Shown here one piece after another: positions 23,823-34,772 of a stretch of DNA of 64,000 nucleotides; the stretch's first letter is position 1; every line of letters begins with the position of its first letter. Below the pieces are notes generated by a model. The model had not been told where the DNA came from. It ran no database searches and saw nothing but the letters and a program-made list of their open reading frames with translations. The stretch comes from Massalongia carnosa. Its lineage: Eukaryota. The DNA lies in the NCBI GenBank assembly GCA_965645245.1, contig OZ287069.1, positions 2,046,001 to 2,110,000 on the forward strand, read 5' to 3'. The translations under genes were made by a program, and so were the position numbers.

Positions 23823-25160
23823 CAAAGCTAGGATCGAGCGGCAATCATCCTTCATGAACAGGGTTGGACCTGGGTCGCGGAGGCCCTTCGAGCGGAGCTC
23901 AATGCACTGGTTGCAACGGCCGCATTTGGGGTTTTCCACCCACCGTCGGAGACTGACGAGCTGGGCACCTTAAATAGCTTCAAGGGTGCCGCATCGGTCA
24001 TCATGAGTAAGGCGCCACGATGGCTAGATCCTATTCAGCGCGTCTGTTGTGATGCCCACCGAGACGAGTCCACTCATCCTCAGCGCGCTATTCCGGTCGG
24101 GCGGCAGTTAACTATATTGTCCCTCTTTTGTCACATGTTGCGCCCGAATACGTCAACAAATTTTCAGAGCGTCATGGGCCTTTATATCTATCAGGGTGGC
24201 GCCAGGCGCAGAGTTCTGGATACTTTATGTCAACTTGGCTTGACAATTGTGACGGTTCAACCAGGATTGTCTATCTACTGGGAAGCTATGCACTAGAAAA
24301 TATCAAAGATGCAGAAAGGAAACAAGCAAAGGCTGCCCTCCCTAGGAGTCTATATAGATTTTCGCTTGGCCCGAGCCAGCTGCTTGTGTCTTCATCAATA
24401 AGTGAACAGTTTAGTCAAACAGTCTTTCTGTCCTTTATCCCTCTCATGCATTTGTGTTTGCATTAGAAGGTCGTTCCGATACGTCCCTTTCAGTCCTTTC
24501 AGACTTCCGTTGATTGCCCCTATGATTGCTAAAAGGGTTGAGTAACGGAAGCGGTTAGTTCGCCGGCAGATGCCGTACTTTCCTTTGATTGGCCTTTGGT
24601 GGATATGGTTGAACCGTGACAACAATGTCGTATTCCACTCTTCAACGGCGCATGTCAAGCTTAAGTGACGAAGCGAGGCGAAAAATAAGAACGATAGGAC
24701 GAGCTTCAACTACTGTTGTAACCTATGATAATTTTGTTTTTGCAGAAGGCCGAAGAGGCGAGAGAATCGGTGACGTAAGAGAGTTTCGATCAATTACGAC
24801 CGCTTTGATATTTGAAGGACAGGGCCTTGGGGTAACGGTCTTGAGACAAAATATGTGGCAACCTGAGAATTAGCCTTTGTCCGCCATATGACTCGCACTA
24901 AGATTGAAACCAGATGACATAGACGCACAGGTAAGCATCGACCACTTTTCCAAGCGGCTTACTTGAAACTGATGAAATGTGGACGAAGATTCAAATTCAT
25001 CATGTCGAGTCGGCAATTCAAGCCCTTTACAATGCTTAATTCAGCGACTTCAACTTTCCTCGGGTTACATCCATGCCTGTGTTGAAAAGACTGAATCGCC
25101 TTCGAACGAAGTATCATCCGTTGAAGCCGGTTATGAAAGACGAAAGCACAACTGTTGAAG
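23823..25160 (+). pseudogene. Academ-type (DUF6589-like) transposase relic, interrupted by a solo LTR and 3'-truncated
   Basis: Reconstructed frame: SKAPRWL, FQSVMGLYIYQGGARRRVLDTLCQLGLT|MSYSTLQRRMSSL, VVTYDNFVF, FRSITTALI, intron 24931-24988, then TKYHPLKPVMKDESTTVE. Several TAG/TAA/TGA stops. Confidence 0.65.
24248..24621. mobile_element. Solo LTR (374 bp) of an LTR retrotransposon
   Basis: TGT...ACA ends with a 16-bp terminal inverted repeat (TGTGACGGTTCAACCA / TGGTTGAACCGTGACA, 1 mismatch). 5-bp TSD ACAAT at 24243-24247 and 24622-24626. Removing it restores the host reading frame. Confidence 0.85.
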
Positions 25161-25920
25161 ACCAAGCATTTCAGCTTGTGATTTCAACAAAGAACTGACT
25201 TGAGTGTAAATCTCTGGTCGATCAAGAGGTGTTTTGATAAGTCGAGTTTCATCATGAAACCCACATTGACTTCTGACGCAGTTCAAGGTTTCTTCATCCA
25301 ACGTTGCAGAAACTCCCAAAAAGGGTATTCCATCTGGCAATCATGTTCGAAGCACCCCAAGATTAAAGTATTCAGGTCGAAAATCACGCCATTCCGATAC
25401 CAGATGCAGCCCGTCGATAGCCAACAGACAAAGATTTGAGAAATAAGATGAATGACTGAGAACCATTTCGTTAAACAATTTCGACGTTGCTATTTCTGGA
25501 CTCGTGAATACTGTAAGTAACAATTAGAGCGCTGACTTGTATACAAACAGATTTATTCGACTTATCATGAGTGTAACGACTATGACGAATAGCAGTCAAG
25601 GTAGACGAGTTGTTATTATCTCCGTTCAACACTATGGGTCGACAGTTGTCGATGAGAGTAAGTTTTTCACATTGCTCTTCTTCCAGTGCAATTAAAGGCA
25701 TGATTATCAACACTGACTTGCAAGGCGAAAACATCAAAGGAGCAGCTTGAAATAGTATGCTTTTTCCGAAGCCTGTTTTTGCTATCAAAATCAAATCCAT
25801 CTTATCGCACAACAGATGATGAAGAGCATCCACCTGCGCCCTCTTTAGACGAAACCCGAAATAACGATCAACAACGCTCTCGATTTTCTCAAGAGTCAAC
25901 GTCTGTATCGCGTCGTTCAT
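25160..25920 (-). pseudogene. RecQ-like superfamily-2 helicase relic (N-terminal ATPase lobe only)
   Basis: Motif 0/Q (FGFRLKRAQVDAL), Walker A LIAKTGFGKS, Ia IIMPLIALEEEQ, Ib VFTSPE, II LAIDGLHLVSEW followed by the RecQ aromatic loop DFRPEY, III GVSATL, then PLDRPEI. One in-frame TGA and a mutated intron donor. Confidence 0.85.
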
Positions 25921-27021
25921 ATTGATGTAATAGCGCTACAATCTTGATCGAGTTTCGAACTGTCAAAAAGCACGCTAGCAAGGACGACGACTAGATTTTC
26001 GAGTTCGGAGCCCTGAAGGACTACAATAACTTGATCCGTCAAGGCAATATGACGGATATAAGCGCCGACCGTTGATTTGAAGAGCAAGACTCAGTTTGAT
26101 ATTGTCGTGCTGTTGTCGGGATTTGAGAAACAATTTGAGTCGATGTTGCTCGACGAGGAAGATATTCGCGCAACGCATGCAGGGCGTTTAAATTTTAGGA
26201 CATTCAATAAAGCATATCTGAAAGTAGCGGCGACAATGAAGTATTATATAACAATTATCATGTGTTGTCGTTGATCTTGTCCTGAACGTGAAAAACAATG
26301 ATTTTTTATCTTAAGCACGAAATTTACATGTGTTGTCACCAAAATAACGCGAACCTGGCAAAATTACAGAGTTTTGAACTCAGACCTGCCGCCCGAAGCA
26401 TGCGTAGTAAGCTAAACAGAGTCTTAACCCAAACAATTAAACTATTCACTAAACTAGCTTAGCTTTAGACTAATAATATACTAATCTAAATAGGTTTAGC
26501 TGTGGCGCAGGTCTGAGGTACTGAGGCAAGGTAAAGCAAACTCCTACTACCTTTTTAATAAAAGAAAACCTATCCATGCCATCACTAAGGAGAAATAAAA
26601 CAAAACTCGAACTATTTTCATGTGCTATCTACGCAATATGATGTCAAGTTCCAATCTCCATAGAGTATCGTTGAATCTTGTGGTGGGCGGGCATGAATGC
26701 TCATGTTAGATATTCCCAATTTATTGCTTTTATATAGATGTATACGTTTAGTTTTCGTTATTATATTTGTGACACTTAAACGTACATTCATTGCTGATAA
26801 TGACTACGGGGGCAGCATAATTTCTTTCTTCAATATGTGCTTCGTTTTTGGACTACCTTCCAAATCAATCCACGTACGAGTTTGTCCATACATTTAGATA
26901 CATTTTTCATCTTCAGTTTTAGGGGAAGAGAATCGAATAACCCATAGCCCTTTCCCCTAGCTTTCTCTAATCTTCGAGAAATTCATTAAGATGCCTTGAG
27001 GTCGCCCTCCAATCAGCGACC

Positions 27022-27800
27022 ATGCCTTGGAAGAAAGGTTTAGACCAAAAAGGTACAGGAAGGAGGTATCGCTGGGGCGAAAAGGAAGGCCTAACAACGG
27101 GGTTTTGCCGGTGCCCGGATGATCGGAAATGCGTTAAGAAACACATAAAGCCCCACGAGATCTTGAACGGTACAACCAAAAGCGAGATGCGGATTTTAGC
27201 GGAGCTCCGCCATCAAAATATTATCAAATACCTTAATGCATTCATAGACTGCCGCGGAGAGCTGAGCGCCAGTCTGTACATGGAATACTGCGACCTCGAC
27301 GACCTCGCCGACAATCTGTATCGGGGCCGATCATAGAAGACATCATCTAGTGCCTCTTCGGCCAAGTAGCCAATGCAATCGCGAACTACCACTACGGCAT
27401 CTACGACGCCGTCTGGTACCCCGATGAACCCCCGCTCCACATCCTAGGTCGGCGTGGTCCACTGGGACATCAAGCCTTCCAACATCCTCCTCTGCACGGA
27501 CCTGCGCTCTGGCTCTCCTATCGCCCGTTCTCCTCGATTTCGGCCGCGAATTCCTTGCCGACGATACAACTGCCCTCACCCGAGGCGCCTGTCCTTGAAT
27601 ATTCGGCTGACGTGTGGGCCGTCGGCGTGGTGATACAGGCTGCCTGCTGCCTGCTGCCTAGAGAAAGATCCCCTAATGACTGGTTCAACGCGCCAATTTT
27701 GGAGCTTCGGAAGGCCATATATTCGAGTTTGCTGACGATGCGATTAGCTTGATTATGACTACCAAACCCTGAATATCGGCCGCTACACGATGAGATCCCC
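27022..27800 (+). pseudogene. Ser/Thr protein kinase pseudogene
   Basis: CVKKHI, EMRILAELRHQNIIKYL, SLYMEYCDLDDL, then across stops and frameshifts VVHWDIKPSNILL, LDFG and YSADVWAVGVVI. Confidence 0.8.
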
Positions 27801-28500
27801 GCGGGTACTCCCAATCCGAGCGCGAGGGCGGCGAGCAACCCTCGGCGCAGGTTGTATGATCAGGCGGTTTTTCCCAATGGACTTCATTTTCGTCAAGGTC
27901 TAGCTAAGTACCCACGTTTGGTATCACGGATTTTGCAAGGGACATCAACCAACTCTCCAGCCCAGCCGCTAGTTCGGCTCCATTGTTGGCGGCCCAAGCT
28001 AGCTTTCTGTTAAGGATTAAAGAACGGCAGCAGGTGGATTAGAAATACTGTGCATCGAGGGTTCAGTTGTGTTTGAGCTCTCGAGTAATCGAGACCTAGA
28101 TACCTGTTGGGAAACTAGGGGTCTCGGTGGGGTGGCTATCGAGCATGTATTGTAAAGAAAAGGGACTTACTCGATCACCCTGAGTGTGTATGCATGTAGA
28201 CCCATTCTTGAACAATTCACTCCGATTCATATTCTATCCTAGCTGTAGGCAAGAAGATTTCTTCCCCACCCCTAGGATCCAGGTCCATCCCCGAGCTGCA
28301 ACGTCCCCATAAAAGAGGCAGAAGAACAAAGCCTCTTGTCCTTTAAGGCGCGATCATAATGTTAAAAGTCCGAACCCTCCTCGTCCTGCTCAACCGGGTT
28401 GTTTCCTCTCGCTCGCAAAAACGCTAGGTTGACTGTTTCTATTACCACCTTGGAGGTTCTTTCATTTGGGGCCCTCGTAAGAAAAGATGAAACAACTACA

Positions 28501-31500
28501 TCAGCTCCTCCACCCCTTCTCCATCCAGCCCATCAAATCCGTAACATGCCCCGCCAATACCCGATTATGCGCCATCACAAACACTAATCGCGCCTTCAGT
28601 GGCCCAAAATACTTCTCCATCCACCCCTCTTCCTCGTTCCCTTCCCCACGCCCATCCATACTCATATCCAAACCGCCAAAGTAAACCCCACCCCGACTAC
28701 CCGGCTCGGATGTTTCCCGTAAGGAATGGGCTGCTTTAGGAATGTTCCGCGCAAGATTACGTAGTACCAGAACGGCGGTGAGGGGCAGACCAGCCGCGTC
28801 GCCGCGTTCGTCTGTGACGGTGTTGTGCCATATTTGGTAGCTGTACTTAGCCTCACGGCCTTCGGGGTTTTCGGGGTCCGGGGCTGTAAGGGTGGTGGTC
28901 GTAGGTCTCGGACCGGGAGGAGGAGGAGGAAGTGTCTGGGTGGCGGCGGTGCGATTGTGTTTTTCTCGGAAAGCTGCTTTTTGCGAGGAGTCGGGCAAGT
29001 GGGTTTTGACGTGCATGCCCACGGCGTAGGGCGAAGGGTTCTCCCGGGGGGTGGATAGCGAGAAATGTCGACAGTGAGCCCAATGGCAGTCTAGTGGGTG
29101 ATCCTGCATGGGGACAGAAGCAGGGCCGAGGTTCCAAGCACCAATTTCGGTTTTTAAGATACCAAGGTGGGCAGTCACGATATGGTCGAACATCTGTTTC
29201 GGTTTAAGGAAGAATTGCCGGCAGGGCTTCATTCCGGGTGGTGTCCAGCGGCAAGGGCTGTAGACACGGTCTTTAAGATCCATGGGCGCGTGGCGCTGTC
29301 GGATTCCTTTAATAATGAACTTGCTGCTGGGTCCATTAACGACTTGAGCGTTTGCGCCGGCGAAGATGGTGCTGACGTTTTTGATGAACTCTGCAGCCGG
29401 GAGGAGGGGGGTTTGCGGGGTTGTGAACTCGCTGAAGCGAGCTTGATAGGCTTGCCAAAGAGCAATCTGGGTGATCTCACTCTCTGCATCTTCTTCGAAT
29501 ACTGCTTTAAGCCAGTGGTTGGAACGATCCGGTTCGTCATATTTGAGAAATTGCTCCAGGAGGTCAAGGGGAACAGCCGGGATTTCTGTAGCGGGAATGG
29601 CGGGAATGGCGGGAGATATCAAATGCTTTGTAAATGATTCTTGAGCGTGATGTTGAAGAAGGCGCGTAAGTTGGGTGAGCAAAGAAGGAAGTGGCAGAAC
29701 ATCGCTGTGAGCAAGAAGGAAGCTGACGTTCTCCGGGACCGCTGTGTACTGATAAAGAAAATCTAAGCATGCACCCACTAATTCTTCGTCTTCCAAAAGC
29801 AACCATTCGCAAATGTGCTTGATCACCGAGGTAGGCACCCCTTTCAAGAGGTTCGATTCATCAAGATTCATAGATATACGACTGATTGCTCGTAAGGCCG
29901 TCAGGATTGCCCCGCGATCGAGGCCTTCATCAACCTGATTGAGAAGGGATCTGTAAAGAGGATCCGAATCATCCATCGCCCATGCGCGAGTGACTTGCTC
30001 GGCTATATCTAAGGCATAATGTTTGAGTTCGATGATGAGTGGAGAGGTAGGAAGGTTAAGGGCAATGGTGAGAAAGTCTCTGAGTTGAGGCAAGGTAGAT
30101 AGGTAGACTGCATTGTCTTCCAGCAATGACAAGTTTCGAATGGTTAGCCCCGCTTCATGAATCTTTGTAATCTTGTGAGCCAATTCCTTGGGTTCCAGCT
30201 CATCAAATGTGTCAATTCTTTTGAGACACTGTAGTCGCTGGAGGATGTCTGGTGTCCCATTGATACCGTCCAGTACATTTATATCATGTTGGTCTTCAGA
30301 ATATGAAATTTCCCATTTCACGTCATAGAACAAGGAGCTTACTCCCAAAACGTATTCAACTAGACCCTCGGCAAGATTAGGGAATGCATCAAACTTGTAC
30401 TTATCACCGCGTTCGTGAGAAATCTTGACCAGATGGTGCAGTGCATAATCCTGCTCGGCGGGTATAGGGGATCGTAGTCCCTGAAGGGTGCGAATATAAA
30501 TATTGGGGCCATCAAAACCAGCTTGTCGCGTCAGGCCAACCCATTTGGGTAGACTAAGGGAATACTCACCACCAGGCTTCATCATTCCTTTTGGACCTCC
30601 TTGGGCTTTTCCATGTTGAGCAGCTTTAGCTTCTCTGGCTAATCGCTGCCGTTCCTTGAATAGGCCAGGGTTGTTCCCGGGTGTCACAACGCCACGTAGT
30701 GTAAGTGGCATCTGGGGCTTAGGTTCATAGTTTGCGAAATTAAACGAAGTGCTGTGGGAACTTGAGGAGACAGGGAATGAATGAGTACTGGCAACGGTCG
30801 TTACTGGTTGTGGAGACGATTGAGGATGGTTGGAGGGCTGACGCGCCTGCCGAGTAGATGATACGTCTGGTTGAAATAGAATTCGTTGAGGGGGGGCTTG
30901 ACGGAGCCCTACAGTTTTGCGATGGCTGTTAAAGGACATGAAGTCGTAGATTTAGCGGATGGGATAATCCTAACCTCTTGATGTGCGGCCCCCTCCACTC
31001 CCAGGCTCCTCGACTTCCATTCTTTCTTCTTTCGGTGTTTTTGACTCTTCGGCTCCGGATCCCTCACTATCCTGGCCGGTCAGGCTCAGCCTGACCGGTG
31101 GAGGTTTGAAGTTCTCCACTGTGCGATGTAACAAGTCACCGCCTTTCGCAGTGATATCCTCAAGAATCTCCCGCGGAGGGGGCTCGCGATGATGTAGATA
31201 TTTGATCTCATATGCGCTTCCAATTGTCAGTATAAGAGAAAACCCAAAAGCTTAACAATGACTAACGCGAGGTTCTTATAGTACACGGTTTTAAGGGCAA
31301 AGGCATATGCGGCAGCATTGGTGGTGCCTAAACTGAACTCCTGCCCAACCCTTCGCCATGCAAGCTTCTCATGACTGACAGCATCATATCCCCCTCGATC
31401 AGAGACGACTTTCCATAGCTTAAACAGATCAATGTGTTTTCCATTTACCCGGGCTTGAAGATCAAGAGGTGTACTACCCAAATTTTCATCGTTAGCAGCC

Positions 31501-31648
31501 AGATCCAACCTTCATATTTGTAGACATCTGAAAAAATAATAAGACCATACCCTCTTTCAGCGCAAAAAGCTATCAGAGATTCAACGAACTCATGGTAACC
31601 TTCTGGTTGTTCTAAGAACACTTCTGGAGCTGCTTTTGGGGGGGCCAT
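28501..31648 (-). CDS. RSC9: RSC chromatin-remodelling complex subunit Rsc9 (ARID domain + armadillo-like region + RFX-like winged helix), 4 exons
   Basis: ARID motif IDLFKLWKVVSDRGGYDAVSHEKLAWRRVG...LKTVYYKNL|AAYEIKYLHHREPPPREILED. Also GPNIYIRTLQGLRSPIPAEQDYALHHLVKIS, EITQIALWQAYQARF and PLTAVLVLRNLARN. Confidence 0.88.
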
Positions 31649-33152
31649 TGGTGCAATCCCAACTCAAGTTTGGACCTAGAGCCTCAGGAGTCGGATTCGC
31701 TACGCGATTAAGCTCGGAATGTCTACACCCTCACTATCATTTTGGAATAGCTCATCTGGAGCTTGGGGGATGCATTATTATATTTGGTGCGAGAGAGTAA
31801 TCCTTGTCATGAACAGATCGGACGTACAGTACTTTGTAGTTTATATCCGGTGACTATTACATAATTAGGAAGTTGTGTTACAGAATACTCTTTACATGGG
31901 TGATGAAGTAACGGAGTACTCCGTATAGTACTCCGTACACTAGCACGCTAGCACACTACTCTATACCTATCTCAGCTAGATTCGGTATGTAGATAAGAAA
32001 ATGTCACCTGATCAGGTCTCTGATTCATTTATTTTTCATTTTTACGCAGATCAGGCGCATCTACAGCATGCAAAGGATAGTTGGAGGTTCTGTAGTGGAG
32101 CATGTGATTAGGTACAGAGGTACCCTGTTTGTTGGAACGTGTTCTCATACTCCTACCAAGCGGTCCCAACTATTTACTCTAGAAAGGGTTGATAAAAAAA
32201 ATCCTCAGTGACGGATCAACAATGAACAGCCTGAGAAGTCGACCAATCTCTCCCTCTCGGCATCAATGAGAGAATCTCCTGGGTTCCCAGATTTCTAGGT
32301 AAGCTACGACGAGCGTGGGGAAACGAAGCAGTGTGGTTCCTCAAATGCACCTTTCAATAGCTTCAGGTTGGAACTGTTGTGTTGGAATATTTTGTACATC
32401 TTCGAATCTCGGGTTTCATGGGCTCGTCTATTTAATTGGCTTCTGATGGTGGGATCAGGCTATTTATTACCTTTGTTTTAGGGAGGGTGAAGATGGATTG
32501 TTGAGCAAGTGTTACCTAGAGTTTCTTACAGCTTTGAAAGTTTATGCCGTAAAATAGCCTGCATATAAGAGGCTATCTAGCTCATCTCCATCGACTCTTT
32601 TCCACTCACCGTTAAGCTCGAAGCAGATATAGGAAGTTTAGGGATCAAGACGAACTCGCCAGGACTGGCCCTTTCTACTTCTGTGTGGGTCAAGAAATTG
32701 GCTGGTTCCAGCGCATGTCGGACAGTTAGGCGGACAGCACAATGTGCTTGGTCCGCGTGCTAAAGAGCAACCTTTTGCACGCTATGCTGATTTGCTAGGT
32801 ATAAGAGGGGAATATCAAACCTTTACTCGATCTACGACGGATGGATAAAAACGCTTTAAATATCTATCTTTAAGTATTACTCCTTTAGACCATAAGAACT
32901 CCCTAGAACATGGCGATGAAACTTGCCCTCTTCGTGGGAGAACGGGGACCTTCGCTTTCCATGTCTCCGCTTCTCCACTTTTCTTTGTGCCAGCATATTA
33001 TGGAAGTTCGCTCGAGTTCTCAAAAGTCTTGACCTTTCGACTTTCATCCACATTTTCCTTTCAGTTTCTGTTCAACGACTCAAGTGGTACCCGCGGTCTA
33101 ACAATCATCATCTTGCCTAATCAGTTGGAATTCGATACTCAAAAGCAATCAA

Positions 33153-34772
33153 ATGGCTTCCTCCTCTCCGTCGTCGATTGCCTGTAACCCGTTAGCCCTG
33201 CCATTATGCAAACTATCACACTGTACCACTCCAGCTTTAACGTCGAGGATGAAATGGACCCACATACCTGCTCAAGAGGATATGTTTGCTGTCTTTGATC
33301 AAGTTAGAAAAAGCGGCGTTGGCGGAGCCATCATGAACAAGCGGGTTCTCAAGGTGATTCACGGCGGTCACATTCTGGTACGTACGCAGCCTACTTCGTT
33401 CGTACCAATAGCTTATTATATCTGTGTTATATTCATGTGGATCGGATATCTAATAGCTTCTGATTTGTGCAATACTTAGGAGCACGTTGATCTGCATGAT
33501 CTGCTTTTCCAGGCTCGTTTGGATGAAGAGAAAAGCCGGTCCCAGCCGGTCCAGGACTCGGATCTTTCCATTGTCCTCATAATCAAAAGGCCTCTGGTTG
33601 CGTTACGTTATCAACGGCCAGACGGTCAGGTATCATTATCGTGCCCCGATCTTAAAGCAAGAGCTAAACAAACGTTCTAGACACGAAGAGTACAATTGAA
33701 GTTTCGGCTGGAGTCTGGTTACGACATCACGGTTAATGAGTTTAGAGCCTTAGGTCTACCCATCAGCGACAGAAACCTTCCTATTGACCACTGGGAACCA
33801 AGTCTCCACTCGGCTTCTTCGCAGTTAGCGTATCCGCCTATCGCATCCTCAAATTCACAAACCTACCACTTACCCGCTCCACCACGAAATATGCCAGCGG
33901 CACTCACAACGAGCTTGCTGCCTAGCGTAGATTTGACTACTCGTGCATCCACTTCCTGTGGCTATGTAGGTCAGCTAGCAAGTAGCGCCCTAGAGACCCA
34001 ATGCGTACGCCCATTTACGGCTCCGATTTCTTTGAGTCAAATGTTGCCTCCAAAGAGAGAACTACCTTTCCTGAAAAAACATATGAAGCCATCACCACCG
34101 CCAGAAATGATAACTGAGCCAGAGCATGTAAAGGACGGCATGGAGGAAATTGTCGTTATAGACTCCGCGCCCTCATCTCAAGCTCCTATTGCAATACCTC
34201 AAAGCCCTGTAGGTGTTGCCGAAGAAAAATCCGCTGTAGTCAAGAGGAAAAGAGCAAAGGCTCCAGCTACCAAGCGTTCCATAAAGAAAGCGCCCGAGCC
34301 CACCAAAGTAAGCACTAACGTGCTTTCAGATCTAGAAACTGTACAGGTTCCAGCAACACCAGAAGCAATTCGGACAGCCTCAGCAACAAACGCCTTTGAA
34401 GCAAAGAGATTAATCGTAACACTAAAAAACCCTGCTCCGAAAGCAAGCCGAGAAACTAAGCCAAGGAACAACCCTAAGCTTCCCACCGCTCCTGAGACAC
34501 CACTTGCGCAGTCCCCCAAAATCTTCGAAGACCTCGAGCCCGCCGAGTTCATGGCCCGTCTTGATGACTGGGTGCGTCAGTATCAGCACCTCCCAGCCCC
34601 GGGACCGCATCAGCCAGAAGCCGAGAACACGGCGGCCTATGCCGCGCAGCCAAAAGAGGAGAGGATGGCGATTCTTGACAACATGATTGTCGAGCGTTTG
34701 GGAAACAAGGATTTCTTGGCTTTGGCGCAGGATATGGATCAGTCCTGGAGGAGGATTGGGCTCGAGTTTTGA
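33153..34772 (+). CDS. REC114: Probable meiotic double-strand-break factor Rec114/Rec7 (exons 33153-33377, 33480-33629, 33681-34772; 488 aa)
   Basis: Phase-consistent splicing gives a beta-rich N-terminal domain (LPLCKLSH...KWTH...LKVIHGGHILE...LVALRY...TRRVQLKF), a long disordered middle, and a C-terminal helix MIVERLGNKDFLALAQDMDQSWRRIGL resembling the Rec114 C-terminal signature. Confidence 0.6.

Larger units (their letters stand above)
21688..26529. mobile_element. Academ(H)-like DNA transposon, decayed and internally deleted, with two nested elements
   Basis: TIR TTGCCTCAGTACCTCAGAC (21688-21706, inverted at 26511-26529; extends to 23 bp with 1 mismatch). 8-bp direct repeat GGTAAAGC at 21680-21687 and 26530-26537. 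Encodes a convergent DUF6589-like transposase relic and a RecQ-like helicase relic. Confidence 0.8.

Noticed and set aside
25160..25920. Host RecQ/Sgs1 gene
   Set aside because: It starts directly at the helicase core, lacks motifs IV-VI and RQC/HRDC, has inactivating changes, and lies inside TIRs and a TSD.
21681..26536. Alternative boundary with a 6-bp TSD (GTAAAG) and CTTGCC...GGCAAG termini
   Set aside because: Formally possible because the TSD edge bases are complementary, but the 8-bp duplication is the longer exact match. More copies are needed to settle it.
31190..31215. Apparent frameshift in RSC9 exon 3
   Set aside because: Re-reading the minus strand gives GCA TAT GAG ATC AAA TAT CTA CAT CAT CGC in frame.
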